Notes: generated by a model not told the origin, from the sequence alone. A stretch of 64,000 bases of DNA from Candidatus Poribacteria bacterium (GCA_965208325.1 OZ242326.1:3072001-3136000); one strand, 5' to 3'. Positions 30,239 to 40,793 are shown, counted from the first letter of the stretch. Made by a program: numbers and translations.

Positions 30239-30325
30239 CCAACAACCACCCTTCCAATATCATTTCCGAAATTAAAAACAACGAGCAGTGGCGAGTGCTC
30301 AATTGCCAGTTAAATGTGTTTCTTG

Positions 30326-31054
30326 CTACCCACGGTTCACTGGCTGCCGGCCGCTGTTTTTTATCTTACTTCCATATCGGCGAGACAACGCTTCTAATCC
30401 AATTTCACCCTTAACAGCAACAGATTCAATCTGCCCATTCAGTAAAAAAAGGAAACGCGAACCGGCTAGATATCCCAGTTCTGTATCGTGGGTCGTGAGC
30501 AGAACGCCTTTACCACTTGCACGCTCTTTCTCAATCAACCTGAGCGCAATCTCTTTCGCCGCCGCATCGAGTCCCGAAAACGGCTCATCAAGAAGGAGGA
30601 TACTCGAATCATGTATAAGGGCTTTGGCAATCATAAACCGTTGCATCATGCCGCGTGAGAAGATTCGGACGGGTTCGTGGGCAAAGGCGGTGAGTTCAAC
30701 ATCGGCGAGGATTTCAGAGATTCGCCCTTCCAAATCATCAATACCGTAAATCCGTCCGAAAAATTTTAGGTTTTCATACGGACTTAACTCGCGATAGGCA
30801 AGCGGCTCGTGGAGCACCAGTCCTAATGATTGACGAACGCGCTGGGGTTCAGCAAGCGCATCTACATCGCCAATTTGTAGACTGCCAGAGGTGGGTTTGA
30901 TTAACGTGGCGAGAATCTTGACGAGTGTTGTTTTGCCCGATCCGTTTGGCCCAAAAATCGAAACTACTTCGCCCGGCTGGACGACAAGATCCACACCGTT
31001 TAAAATGTTCCGATGACCATAACATTTCGTGATTTGCCTTGCTTGTAAAAGCAT
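30326..31054 (-). CDS. ABC transporter ATP-binding protein, CcmA-like
   Basis: GPNGSGKTT, FSRGMMQR, LLLDEPFSGLD, TTH; no permease gene adjacent. Confidence 0.85.
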   Translation of the reverse strand: MLLQARQITKCYGHRNILNGVDLVVQPGEVVSIFGPNGSGKTTLVKILATLIKPTSGSLQIGDVDALAEPQRVRQSLGLVLHEPLAYRELSPYENLKFFGRIYGIDDLEGRISEILADVELTAFAHEPVRIFSRGMMQRFMIAKALIHDSSILLLDEPFSGLDAAAKEIALRLIEKERASGKGVLLTTHDTELGYLAGSRFLFLLNGQIESVAVKGEIGLEALSRRYGSKIKNSGRQPVNRG

Positions 31055-31114
31055 CCTCGGTACATATTAAAATAGGACCAGAACACAATTAGCCCCAACG
31101 GGATTTTTTTAGTG

Positions 31115-32518
31115 TTAAAACAAATCACGCATTGAGCGTCGGCGATCTTCTTCCACTTGGTCCTGAAATTCCTCATCGCTTGGTCGTTGCCACGCGGTTG
31201 GTACACGTGATGTGTACTGCGCCACCTCACTCTTCCGCTTGAATACCCGAAAATACTCGAACCGCGTGAGTGTAGGAGGAATATTGCCCGGACAAAGCGC
31301 ATGCAAACCAACCTGAACCGGATCGCCCATGCCGACATGTGTTTTTCCGCAGCTTTGCCAGTTCGTACCATCAGAACTAGCGAATCCAGAGAAGAGATTC
31401 CCTGTGCGTTCAAGTCGAAGGAAGAGCGCCCTTCCTCGATTATGACTCGCCGACACGCCTATCAATCCCGTACCGCGGCCAACGAGGGAGTAAACTCTAT
31501 TCATATGCCGTTCAAAACGAACATCGCCTCTGAACGCGTGGGGAGCGGAAGTTTTCTCTAACCTAACGAAGGCATGCGGCCCTTTCCATACAATGAGCCC
31601 GCCGTGTTCTCTCTGCTCAGGGGTTACGCGAATCCGGCACTCAATGGCAAAATCGCCAGACACCTCCATTAATAGACGCGGGGCATCCATGTTGCCGCCA
31701 TGTCCCGGTGGACTGCCGTGCCATAAATCCTGTCCGGGCTGAACATGCATTTCTAGATATCCCTGGCTCTCTGACCACGTACCGCCGCCATGGGGATCCT
31801 CCCATTTCCATTCCGGGCGCATCTGGTTGCCGATGAATTCATCTTCAAAGACTATCTCAGGAAATTCGCTGGAGGAAGACCAGCCTTCAATCTTAATTGA
31901 GGAAATTGTATCTCCGAAATTCTGAGGCAGCACGTGGAGGTTTTCAATTTCCTTTTTATAATCCTTAGGTTCCATCTGGATTCGTACTTGAGCACCTTCG
32001 AAGTTCGTATGTTGGTAGAGGATCACCTCCGCGCCATTAGGTGGAAAATCTGGGCCCTTGAAGATGCGAACAGAAGAAACTGCGTCGTGAAGACCTTGTT
32101 CCCAGTGGACAATATCACGCAACACTGTGATTTTCTGGCCCTGAAAATCTATATGCTCATAGCACTCGACAATCAGGGGAATCGTTCCCCATTCGGGACC
32201 AACAGTCTGTAAAACCGACCCGAAACTAATCGAGGAGACGATATCTCCAAAGTCGTAAGCCATTTCATGCAAATTCGCATAAATCCCCGGCCCAAGCGGC
32301 AGCTTTCGTCCTTTGAAATCGGCGTGTTCATGAAGGATGGCTTTATAATTTGGACTTGATGCAAAATTGGGCCCTTTATAGACTCTCAGAGAGGAGATGT
32401 TATCTTGAAACCCAATTTCTGCTGTTGACCGGACCGGCTCGATTACAAACCCTTGTCTACCTTGGAAATCATGGTGTTGGAACACCTCAACGACTAGACG
32501 TGGTATTACGACTGGCAT
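31115..32518 (-). CDS. Beta/gamma-crystallin domain protein with a C-terminal concanavalin-like (DUF1349-type) domain
   Basis: Four (F/H/Y)(Q/E)HxxFxG...DxxSS motifs; C-terminal DLW...DAPRL...GL..W...LRLERTG...SSDG.NW...VGL. Confidence 0.8.
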   Translation of the reverse strand: MPVVIPRLVVEVFQHHDFQGRQGFVIEPVRSTAEIGFQDNISSLRVYKGPNFASSPNYKAILHEHADFKGRKLPLGPGIYANLHEMAYDFGDIVSSISFGSVLQTVGPEWGTIPLIVECYEHIDFQGQKITVLRDIVHWEQGLHDAVSSVRIFKGPDFPPNGAEVILYQHTNFEGAQVRIQMEPKDYKKEIENLHVLPQNFGDTISSIKIEGWSSSSEFPEIVFEDEFIGNQMRPEWKWEDPHGGGTWSESQGYLEMHVQPGQDLWHGSPPGHGGNMDAPRLLMEVSGDFAIECRIRVTPEQREHGGLIVWKGPHAFVRLEKTSAPHAFRGDVRFERHMNRVYSLVGRGTGLIGVSASHNRGRALFLRLERTGNLFSGFASSDGTNWQSCGKTHVGMGDPVQVGLHALCPGNIPPTLTRFEYFRVFKRKSEVAQYTSRVPTAWQRPSDEEFQDQVEEDRRRSMRDLF

Positions 32519-32728
32519 GTCTTCCCCCGCGAAATACGATTTTTCAGATTAGGTTATTCTAGTAGTTTTCACCCGACCGGTACAGAATCTAACTGTTTCT
32601 CTCTTTTTCTCCGAGGCGAGGTATTCGTACCTCTCTGTTGTTTCAGGTTGAGTTGGTATCCTTTTTCCTGTTTTCCCGTAGGGAAGTTAGAATACTCCAT
32701 ACAGTGATAAAGTAGTGTCATCTTTAAG

Positions 32729-33553
32729 CTATGATAGGTAACGTTCCATGCGCGACCTGCATTCTTGGGCGACATCCACCGGATCCCATTCCCAATGCTT
32801 GGGGCTGACAAGCTCACAAGACCATATCCCATCAAACCCTGTCGATTTGACCGCACTGACCCACTCATCAATCGGAATTTCACCATCACCAGGCAGGTAT
32901 CCCCTAAGCTCCGCCTCATTCCATGGAGTACCTGTTTTGTGCGCCACCCCATCGCAGAAATGAACCGAGTAAATCATTGCACTATCCAACTTTGCCACCT
33001 CGTCAGGCGTCGTACCGCCTCCAGCGTAGAGGTGCCAAAAGTCGATTACCATCGCCACGTTATCCCGTTCAGCCTCTTCAATAACCTGCAAACTCTGGGA
33101 CAGAGAGTAGATTGGCGCCCAAGCGATGGGTTCAAATTGAAACCTCACGCCGTGTTGCTTCCCAATATCTGCGATATCGGCGACGTTCCTAGCTGTCAGC
33201 TTCAATATCTCGCTCCACGGCCTCCTTTCAAGGCGGCAGAAAGCCACAATCTGAATGGTCGGGCATTGGATGGTTGCAGCGGCAATGCAGAGCCGCTCCA
33301 CTTCCGTGAGCAGTTGGCCGCGCTCTCGACCATCCACACGGTCAATGTCTCGCACTGAATTAATCATGACAGGCCGGACATCGTTGGCCTGAAAGATTGG
33401 GAGTAATTCCTCAGCTTTAAATCCTTGGTCCAAATAACGTAAAAGCTTGCCCACTTCAATTTCTAACGCCTTATGGTTAGTCTCGAAGGCAACCCGGATA
33501 TCAGTGATTAAATTGCAGTACATTATGGACACACCATGCAACGCAATGATCAT
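32729..33553 (-). CDS. Sugar phosphate isomerase/epimerase (xylose-isomerase-like TIM barrel)
   Basis: FEPIA, IDFWH, VHFCD, LPGDGEIP, GFDGIWSCE. Confidence 0.87.
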   Translation of the reverse strand: MIIALHGVSIMYCNLITDIRVAFETNHKALEIEVGKLLRYLDQGFKAEELLPIFQANDVRPVMINSVRDIDRVDGRERGQLLTEVERLCIAAATIQCPTIQIVAFCRLERRPWSEILKLTARNVADIADIGKQHGVRFQFEPIAWAPIYSLSQSLQVIEEAERDNVAMVIDFWHLYAGGGTTPDEVAKLDSAMIYSVHFCDGVAHKTGTPWNEAELRGYLPGDGEIPIDEWVSAVKSTGFDGIWSCELVSPKHWEWDPVDVAQECRSRMERYLS

Positions 33554-33931
33554 TTATTTTTCCAAGATAAATTCGCACCCCAGTCCATAAGTGATTGAAT
33601 CGTCCATAACCAACGCCGTATTGGGAAAACTGATAATGTGCCAGCCGTCGCGCATTGCTTCAATGACGGATTGATACGGTAGTTCAGTTCGATTAGATGG
33701 CAGCGGAATTCGCCTCCCATTGGCATAGAGCGACATACCCAAAACGGGAGATTCAAGCTCTGTACTTGCCGCCTGAATATAAAGAATATCCTGAACATGT
33801 CGCTCGACCTCGTCCAGCGCGTCAATGATTGTCTGCAGGTCATCACGCGTCAAACTACCTTGCGCCAGTTTATTGCGGCACTTCTCAAGTTGGTTTCGGA
33901 TGTGCGTGAGATGCGCTGTCGGTACCGGCAT
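33554..33931 (-). CDS. Conserved hypothetical small protein, paralog of 34909-35268
   Basis: Shares QxxLYxQ, PYxSxxxAMRDGW, FPNxALxMDxSxTYGLGCEFILEK with its paralog. Confidence 0.85.
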   Translation of the reverse strand: MPVPTAHLTHIRNQLEKCRNKLAQGSLTRDDLQTIIDALDEVERHVQDILYIQAASTELESPVLGMSLYANGRRIPLPSNRTELPYQSVIEAMRDGWHIISFPNTALVMDDSITYGLGCEFILEK

Positions 33932-34013
33932 GAATTGCCTTGATTGGTGATAGGTTGGTCAATATCGTCAGAGGGCGACTCACATGACACGTAACCCGCG
34001 CAAATAGTACATG

Positions 34014-34853
34014 CTAAGTTAAGTCGGCGGGCAGGCCCGGACAAAACCCTCTCGCATGCGCCGCGGTTGCTGAAGCAGGCCAGGCAAGTCCGCCAATCCA
34101 TTCGTAGTTATTCAGTTCGCCGCGTAGCCATAGGTACATCCTTGCAGCATCGTGGCAGACGCGCGACCAGTCACGGCGGGGTTCTGGCGAACCCGTTGCA
34201 AAGTCTGCATTCTCCAACCTGAAATCCGGATCGATAACCCAGTCGCGCGCCGGCGCGGCGGTGCGCCAATAAGTATACTTAATCAGATTTCGAATTCCCG
34301 CTGCCGTAGCAGTAGTGGCACGGTGCCAAATAGAATAGACAGTAATAAAAATGGAACCAGCCGGCGCAGCAGTCTTGCGGGCGTCAACAATTGAATCAAG
34401 GTGTTTCATAAAATGGGAAGACATGGACAGATGGTGGGAACCTGGCAACACTTCGGTTGGCCCCATCTCAAGAGGCGTCGCTTGAGGGTAGTAAAACACC
34501 TGAAGGTAATCAACATTCGGCGCACGTTGCGAACCATCGTCACAATGCCAACCGCCGTTAATCTCTCTAGGGCAATGGACACGATGGTTGCTGATAGTGA
34601 GCGGCATTCCATAATCACGGCCGAGTAGGGACCTCACCGCACCTGCCGCCGGCGCGTTGCACAAGACTTGATCGACAAACCATGCCTCTTTCAGGAAATC
34701 GTTTGGGTTGCCTTCAGGATGCGCATCGCAAAAGGCCATGACTCGCTCATTAATCTCGTCGGGTACCACTTCCTCCAACATGAGGTAGCCATATTTACAA
34801 AACTCAATAATTTCATGGTCTGTGAGCGTGGGTTTGCAGTTATAGGTTTTCAT
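34014..34853 (-). CDS. PhyH-like Fe(II)/2OG dioxygenase
   Basis: WHCD, QVFYYPQ, GPTEVLPGSH, WHR. Confidence 0.85.
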   Translation of the reverse strand: MKTYNCKPTLTDHEIIEFCKYGYLMLEEVVPDEINERVMAFCDAHPEGNPNDFLKEAWFVDQVLCNAPAAGAVRSLLGRDYGMPLTISNHRVHCPREINGGWHCDDGSQRAPNVDYLQVFYYPQATPLEMGPTEVLPGSHHLSMSSHFMKHLDSIVDARKTAAPAGSIFITVYSIWHRATTATAAGIRNLIKYTYWRTAAPARDWVIDPDFRLENADFATGSPEPRRDWSRVCHDAARMYLWLRGELNNYEWIGGLAWPASATAAHARGFCPGLPADLT

Positions 34854-34908
34854 CTCATTCCCATAATGAAGAGTGTTTGCCCACAGACCCGATTACGGGC
34901 GTTTTAGC

Positions 34909-35268
34909 TTACTCCCATTTTTCTAGGATAAACTCGCAGCCAAGCCCGTATGTGCGTGATTCGTCCATCAACAACGCCAAGTTGGGGAATTCAATAATCC
35001 GCCATCCATCTCGCATTGCATCAAGCGGTGAGTTATATGGCCAATTGTCTTGATCCGGTGGTTCAGTAATCTGACCATCCACAACCATGGTGCAACCGTG
35101 GGCGCCTGACCCGACGGAAGTCCCTCCGGTTTGAAGGTAGAGCAAGTTTTGGCGTTTCGGTTTTGTCTCATCAAGCGCATCAAGAACTGCGGACAGGTCT
35201 GCTTCGGTAAGCGCATCCTGTCTCAGCGCTTCAATGCATTGTTCAATTTGTTGCTTTACCGTTGCCAT
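34909..35268 (-). CDS. Conserved hypothetical small protein, paralog of 33554-33931
   Basis: GGAGG SD; strong C-terminal identity to the paralog. Confidence 0.85.
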   Translation of the reverse strand: MATVKQQIEQCIEALRQDALTEADLSAVLDALDETKPKRQNLLYLQTGGTSVGSGAHGCTMVVDGQITEPPDQDNWPYNSPLDAMRDGWRIIEFPNLALLMDESRTYGLGCEFILEKWE

Positions 35269-35379
35269 AAAGTATTCCCTCCATATTAACTTTTACCGCA
35301 TCAGTACACTTGGTTCGACCATTGGTTAAAATTAAACTAAAATTCCAAGGTTTCAATTACTACAAAAGTTTAGACTAGG

Positions 35380-36198
35380 TTACCATTGCGGCGGACCAGA
35401 TGGAAACCCATATGATTTTTGAATTTGGTTAGCCTGCGAACCCGAATAGGGCCAAGCTTGACCGCCCATTGTGCGAAATCCGTCCCCATTGCCGCATAGC
35501 CAGAAGAACTTGTGCGCCACAAGTTTCGCTGTCCCATGTCCGCCATAGTTCGCCGTGTGGAAATCAAAGTCTGGTTCGACAACCCAATCCCGTTGGGGAG
35601 GCACTGTTCGCCAGTAACTCCACTTTAACATATTTCTTATCCCCTCGACGGTAGACTCGCCCTTGCGGTGCAGGATTGGATACATCGTAATGAAAACTGT
35701 GCCCGCGGGCGAGTCCATTAGGCGCCCTCCACGCCATGCTATATCTCGCCCTGTCGGCGCTAAATGCGAACCGGGCAAAATTTCAGTCGGTCCCATCTCT
35801 GGCGTGACATCCTTCGGATAATAGAACACCTGTAAATAATTGACTTCGGGACCGAACACCGAGTCGCCGTCGTGATGCCACCCCTGCGCAGGAGCAGGAC
35901 ATTTTGCACGGTGATTACTCATAAGTACCGGCAAACCGACATTCCGCCCGAGTATTGACCTCACAGCGCCTGCTACCTGGGGATGAAGCAGCACATTCTC
36001 AAGAAACCAATCCTCAAGAATGATTTTGCTTGGTTCTCCGGTCGGATGTTCGACTAGATATTCGTCTGTTCGCTGATTAATTGCGTCTGGAATGACACTT
36101 TCCAGTACGATTGCGCCGTGACTACAGAACTCCAATACCTGAGAGTCCGTCAGTGTAGGATCACAATCAAAAGTTCTCGTCTCTTTATCTAGCTTCAT
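35380..36198 (-). CDS. PhyH-like Fe(II)/2OG dioxygenase
   Basis: WHHD, QVFYYP, GPTEILPGSH, LHR. Confidence 0.85.
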   Translation of the reverse strand: MKLDKETRTFDCDPTLTDSQVLEFCSHGAIVLESVIPDAINQRTDEYLVEHPTGEPSKIILEDWFLENVLLHPQVAGAVRSILGRNVGLPVLMSNHRAKCPAPAQGWHHDGDSVFGPEVNYLQVFYYPKDVTPEMGPTEILPGSHLAPTGRDIAWRGGRLMDSPAGTVFITMYPILHRKGESTVEGIRNMLKWSYWRTVPPQRDWVVEPDFDFHTANYGGHGTAKLVAHKFFWLCGNGDGFRTMGGQAWPYSGSQANQIQKSYGFPSGPPQW

Positions 36199-36273
36199 TG
36201 TGGATCCACCTCCACTTCTTTTTTATAAACTCCTAACCGAGGTCCTCCGTATACCATTATCAATCCATCAGCC

Positions 36274-37164
36274 TCAAACCTTAATTTGGTCTTTTATTGG
36301 GCTTATCGGAAATCTGTAGAACCCTTGGGGCGGATATATCTGTGCCGAGGATCGAGGTGGCGGGTAGCCCATGGGCCAATCTTCACCGCCCACCAACTCC
36401 CGGAGTATACTCATATCCCCACACAACCAGCAAAACATCGCCGCGGCATCATACCAATCTCGGAATTGCTGCCGGGGGACGCCGCCGAAGCTAAATTGAG
36501 CCATAGCGAAATCAAAGTCCGGTTCGGCAATCCAATCCCGCTGGGGTGGCACCGTTCGCCAGTAGCAGTATTTCAACATATTACGGAGTCCTTGCGCAGT
36601 GGACTTAGAGCGGCGATGCCAGATGGGATAGGCTGTGATGAAAATAGTACCAGCCGGAGAAGCCATGCGAAGTCCCGATCGAATGTTGCCGTAGTGTTGC
36701 ATCCAACTTTGCAAGCAAAAGAGGAAATGGGAGCCGGGTACTATCTCCGTAGGACCAAGCTCTACAGGGGTATCTTGTGGGTAATAAAATACCTGCAAAT
36801 GATTTGTTTCCGGGCCAAATCGTGAGCCGCCATCCCGGTGCCAGCACTGCGCCGGTGCCGGACATTGCAGCCGATGATTTGCCACGCCAACCGGAAGGCC
36901 GAATTCCTCGCCTAGAAGCGACCGTACTGCACCTGCCGCCTGCGGATTGAGAAGCACGTTCTCAATGAACCAATCCTCCTGTCGAAGAGGTGCCTGTCCA
37001 TGCTTTTCAATGAATTCATAAACTCTCCGGTTGATTTCGTTCGGAACGACACCTTCGTACACCAAGTAACCCTGTCTGCAGAAATCGAGTACTTCCGTGT
37101 CGTTAAGTGTAGGCTCGCAGTTAGCTGTTTGTAATGCCTTCTTTCCAATTTTCACCGGCTGCAT
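36274..37164 (-). CDS. PhyH-like Fe(II)/2OG dioxygenase
   Basis: WHRD, QVFYYPQD, GPTEIVPGSH, WHR; closest to 1715-2557. Confidence 0.85.
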   Translation of the reverse strand: MQPVKIGKKALQTANCEPTLNDTEVLDFCRQGYLVYEGVVPNEINRRVYEFIEKHGQAPLRQEDWFIENVLLNPQAAGAVRSLLGEEFGLPVGVANHRLQCPAPAQCWHRDGGSRFGPETNHLQVFYYPQDTPVELGPTEIVPGSHFLFCLQSWMQHYGNIRSGLRMASPAGTIFITAYPIWHRRSKSTAQGLRNMLKYCYWRTVPPQRDWIAEPDFDFAMAQFSFGGVPRQQFRDWYDAAAMFCWLCGDMSILRELVGGEDWPMGYPPPRSSAQIYPPQGFYRFPISPIKDQIKV

Positions 37165-37401
37165 TGCTATCGGTCTCCGTCTTAAACGCGAAAATTACTC
37201 TCGTGGTTCAAAGGCGGTATTATACTATATATTGAGTCATACTGCAACCAATAAAAGGATAACATCTGTGATTCATCCAATCTCAAGTAGCGTGTTAAAT
37301 TTTGCCGAAGGTGACCTTTTTACGCGTGACCGCTAAAGTACCCATGCTAAACTTGAGCAATTCCCACGAATACGAGAGGTACATTTACACGACGCCACGC
37401 A

Positions 37402-39216
37402 CTAATTCGGTTCAAGATTGCCCTCGCCCACCAGCGCATCCAAAAAGAACACTTTCCAGTGAACCTCTTCCAAGTTGACCGCCGGCGAAAGGTAGAGCGG
37501 AAACGAATAAAGCGCTCCAGACCGAACGGATTTCATTGGTACTCTCGCCGTAATCACGGATGTAACCACCGATTCACCCTCGGTTACGGAGATTAGCGGC
37601 GCCATCACACTTATCACGTCGTCTGGAACAGCGATGATATCCCAATACCTTGGATGTACGGGATTCGGCAATACAGCCAAACGAAACGCTACGTTCTCGC
37701 CTAGTCTAGTACTGTAGGCGTAAGATGTTGTCTTTTCGATTGATGAGAATGGTTCCGGTTGCACACTGGGTACAAGAATAACTTGTTCGACGGCCGTTCC
37801 AAAATTTGGAATGCTGAGTTGTGCCTTCCCATCCCCGATCAACGGCATGCGGCGAACGGCAATCGGCTGAGAAGATTGTAGTTCAATCACCCGTATTTGG
37901 TAAGCGTGCTCCCCATCAGTCTCAATAGCGATGTTCAATGATCCCGCCCCACCCACGGCTGACAGGCCTATATAGTCTGCCGCATAGGCAGCAAGCCTGT
38001 TTCCGGTAACGGCAACCGGATGAGACTGATGGTTACGGTGGAGCTGCAGATTCAGATGCTCGTTTCTATAACCATACTGGCCTTCTGCAAAATCGGAGTC
38101 GTCCAAGAAGTTCGCTATCTTCCAGTCGGAAAAGATGGTTGAAAACCTCTTCGTTACGCCGCGCGAATCTAACGCATTATTGATACCGGTAATTCCATTT
38201 CCACGCTGTTTTACAACGGCCGCGATGGTTTCTGCGCCGCCGTAATGTTCGTGGAGATACAGCATCCACATATACGCCGCGCCATAATGCGATAACTGGC
38301 TGCGAGATCCATGCGGCCAATTGACCAATGATACACTCGCATTTCGTTCAAATGGTATGACATGGTCTTCAACACTGTATCCACAGATAAACATGGCGTA
38401 ATCAGAACACCCTTCATTGACCCAAATCTCTTCGTCTTTGTCCTGCTGCCAGTGAATAAGGTGCTGAAATTCGTGCGCTAATACTCCCAACCCCTTTTCG
38501 CCTCCAGCATCTAGGGGATGGGTGTCAACATAAATCATGTCGCGCTCATTGCTATGCACCAGTGTGCCGAATTCCGGATGTCGAAGCACCCCCCGCTGTT
38601 GATCGACGGGGCTAAAAAATCCACCTATAAATCCGCCGCTGACTGTCGCGAGATCGCGAATGTCTAGTAGGAGAATATAGATTTTATCCTCACCGTCAAT
38701 GTTGGGGGGAGGTCCAAATAGTGCAGTCTCAATTTCGTAAATACCCCGCCCTAAATCGGCCGGTGTCGCGTCGTCAAACGCGTGCCGGACAGCCTCAACG
38801 GTCGCCGCATTCACAGTCTGTCCCCACTGTGAATCTTCGACGAAAATGTAGCAGAATGTTCCAACTTTTTGTAATGTCGATTGAACAACATATTGTTCGC
38901 GCTTTCTAAAATCAATTGAGAAGAAAGATTGGCGGCTTCCTACTGCCAGTTCGGGTACGCACGGTTGAGCAGGCACAGAAGTATCAACAGGCGGGTTCGG
39001 GAGAGTGATAGATTTATCGTCAGTATCTACATCTAAGACTATTTCGCTACTTACCCATACGTTCGATCGGTCATAAAAAAAGGGAGTACCATCAATCCAG
39101 CCATGAACCGTTGGCACTCCCAATACCGTGAAGATAATTGTAATATGCCGCAATGCGAAATGCGTAGAACGAGAAACGTAAAGTTGGATTGGATTTGCCG
39201 TCATTCTTCTCCTCAC
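37402..39216 (-). CDS. Secreted zinc metallopeptidase (M30/hyicolysin-like)
   Basis: LAHEFQHLI followed by WVNEGCS; FG.PP.IDG..KIYILL.DI, GGFF; hydrophobic N-terminus. Confidence 0.8.
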   Translation of the reverse strand: MRRRMTANPIQLYVSRSTHFALRHITIIFTVLGVPTVHGWIDGTPFFYDRSNVWVSSEIVLDVDTDDKSITLPNPPVDTSVPAQPCVPELAVGSRQSFFSIDFRKREQYVVQSTLQKVGTFCYIFVEDSQWGQTVNAATVEAVRHAFDDATPADLGRGIYEIETALFGPPPNIDGEDKIYILLLDIRDLATVSGGFIGGFFSPVDQQRGVLRHPEFGTLVHSNERDMIYVDTHPLDAGGEKGLGVLAHEFQHLIHWQQDKDEEIWVNEGCSDYAMFICGYSVEDHVIPFERNASVSLVNWPHGSRSQLSHYGAAYMWMLYLHEHYGGAETIAAVVKQRGNGITGINNALDSRGVTKRFSTIFSDWKIANFLDDSDFAEGQYGYRNEHLNLQLHRNHQSHPVAVTGNRLAAYAADYIGLSAVGGAGSLNIAIETDGEHAYQIRVIELQSSQPIAVRRMPLIGDGKAQLSIPNFGTAVEQVILVPSVQPEPFSSIEKTTSYAYSTRLGENVAFRLAVLPNPVHPRYWDIIAVPDDVISVMAPLISVTEGESVVTSVITARVPMKSVRSGALYSFPLYLSPAVNLEEVHWKVFFLDALVGEGNLEPN

Positions 39217-39265
39217 CTTATTCCGCTCGTTCTCCCACCCTTAAACCTAGCGGTTATCTCTTCGT

Positions 39266-40774
39266 CTACCGTTCTTCACTCTCCCCATCTTCCAATCTTA
39301 TCAATTTTTCCTGTATTTTCACATTGTCTGGTTCAAGTTGAATCGCTTTACGCCAAGCTGCAATTGCTTTCTTTTTGTACCCGACCTTCAGATAGACTTC
39401 GCCAAGATGATCCTGGATTTCAACGCTGTTGGGTATGTAGCTGACAGCCTTTTCAAGATGCTCTAGCGCGGCGGTCAGTTTCCCTTGCTTGAAATATGCC
39501 CAACCCAAACTATCAAGGTAAGCTCCATTTTCCGGTGATTTCTCCAGTGCTTTCTTAATGAGTTCAACAGCCTCGTCTAGATTGGTGCTATATTCCGCAA
39601 AGAGATAACCCAGTGCATTATATCCCTCGTCACGATTGGGAGCTAGTGCAACGACTTTTCTGAGATAGAGTTCGGCTTTCTCGAAGTTCCCACGCGCCTG
39701 ATAAGAAAGTCCAATCCAATAGTTTGCATCTACGTTGTCCGAATCTTCATCTAAAACCCCTTGTAATACCTCTATTGCTTTTTCTTCATTCGACAAATAG
39801 GTATAGAGGCTTCCAAGACGAGTACGAAAAACCGTCAGCCCGTAATCGTACTTGTCTCGCTCTGCTGGATGAAGCCGGCGTAGTTCTATATAAGCATTGA
39901 TGCCTTTTAATAGATTTTCTTCCGCGATCTCCGCCGTGTTTGTTGTTCCTGACTGATTCCAAATTTGATTTTCTAGTTTTTCATATTCTGCAATATATAG
40001 TTTCCCCAGTTCTTGATACACCTGCGCCATATTTCGATCAATCCTGACCGCCCGCTCATAAGCGGATATCGCTTCTTCATTCTTCCCCAAACCCTTGTAA
40101 GCATCACCGAGTCCCTTATGGTATATCGGCTGATAAGATTCGATACGCGTCAGTTCCTTGAAAGCGTGAACCGCTGATTCATAATCCTCTCGGTTGTATG
40201 CAAGAGTACCAAGATATCGATGGGAGTCAACGAGGCATTTAACAATAATACCCCCAAAGTATACTGTAGCATGATTGGAATTGAGTTCAATCACTTTCTC
40301 GAATTCTGCTACGGCATCGTCCAAATTTCCAGTGCTATTTTTTTGCCGCAGTATTAAAATATAACCCAGCAGAAAATGGGGAGCTGGCATTTCTGGATTT
40401 ATCGCAATCGCCCTGCGGCATTCCTTTTCGGCCGCTCTGATGTTTTGCAAGTCTATCAAAAGACTCGCAAATTGAGTATGTACAAAGGCAGACTGCTCAA
40501 ATTCTCTCAAAACCTCCTCATATGCCCTTTTCACATCAGACTGTTGTTTATCGAACCTCAGGTAATTTGATCGTAGGTAAGTTGCCCAAGCTAGTTGCGA
40601 ATAAACACGGCTCGCCTTTTCATACACACGGTTTAACGCTGTGTGATTTACACCGGGCGGATCGCCGCCCATCATATCGGCCCGGGTCAAGGAAACTGCA
40701 AATACTACCAAAATAATGTAATGCGCTATACGTAAAACGTAAAACATGAGAACAGATGAGATCAATCTTACCAT
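39266..40774 (-). CDS. Exported multi-TPR protein
   Basis: Many TPRs; C-terminal YNALGY...YLDSLGWAYFKQG...DHLGEVY. Confidence 0.88.
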   Translation of the reverse strand: MVRLISSVLMFYVLRIAHYIILVVFAVSLTRADMMGGDPPGVNHTALNRVYEKASRVYSQLAWATYLRSNYLRFDKQQSDVKRAYEEVLREFEQSAFVHTQFASLLIDLQNIRAAEKECRRAIAINPEMPAPHFLLGYILILRQKNSTGNLDDAVAEFEKVIELNSNHATVYFGGIIVKCLVDSHRYLGTLAYNREDYESAVHAFKELTRIESYQPIYHKGLGDAYKGLGKNEEAISAYERAVRIDRNMAQVYQELGKLYIAEYEKLENQIWNQSGTTNTAEIAEENLLKGINAYIELRRLHPAERDKYDYGLTVFRTRLGSLYTYLSNEEKAIEVLQGVLDEDSDNVDANYWIGLSYQARGNFEKAELYLRKVVALAPNRDEGYNALGYLFAEYSTNLDEAVELIKKALEKSPENGAYLDSLGWAYFKQGKLTAALEHLEKAVSYIPNSVEIQDHLGEVYLKVGYKKKAIAAWRKAIQLEPDNVKIQEKLIRLEDGESEER

Positions 40775-40793
40775 TTCAGTTTCCCTTTACACG

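Noticed and set aside
37402..37700. T9SS C-terminal sorting domain on the metallopeptidase (VLPNP motif)
   Set aside because: Only the PNP element matches; the terminal GxY...K pattern is absent.
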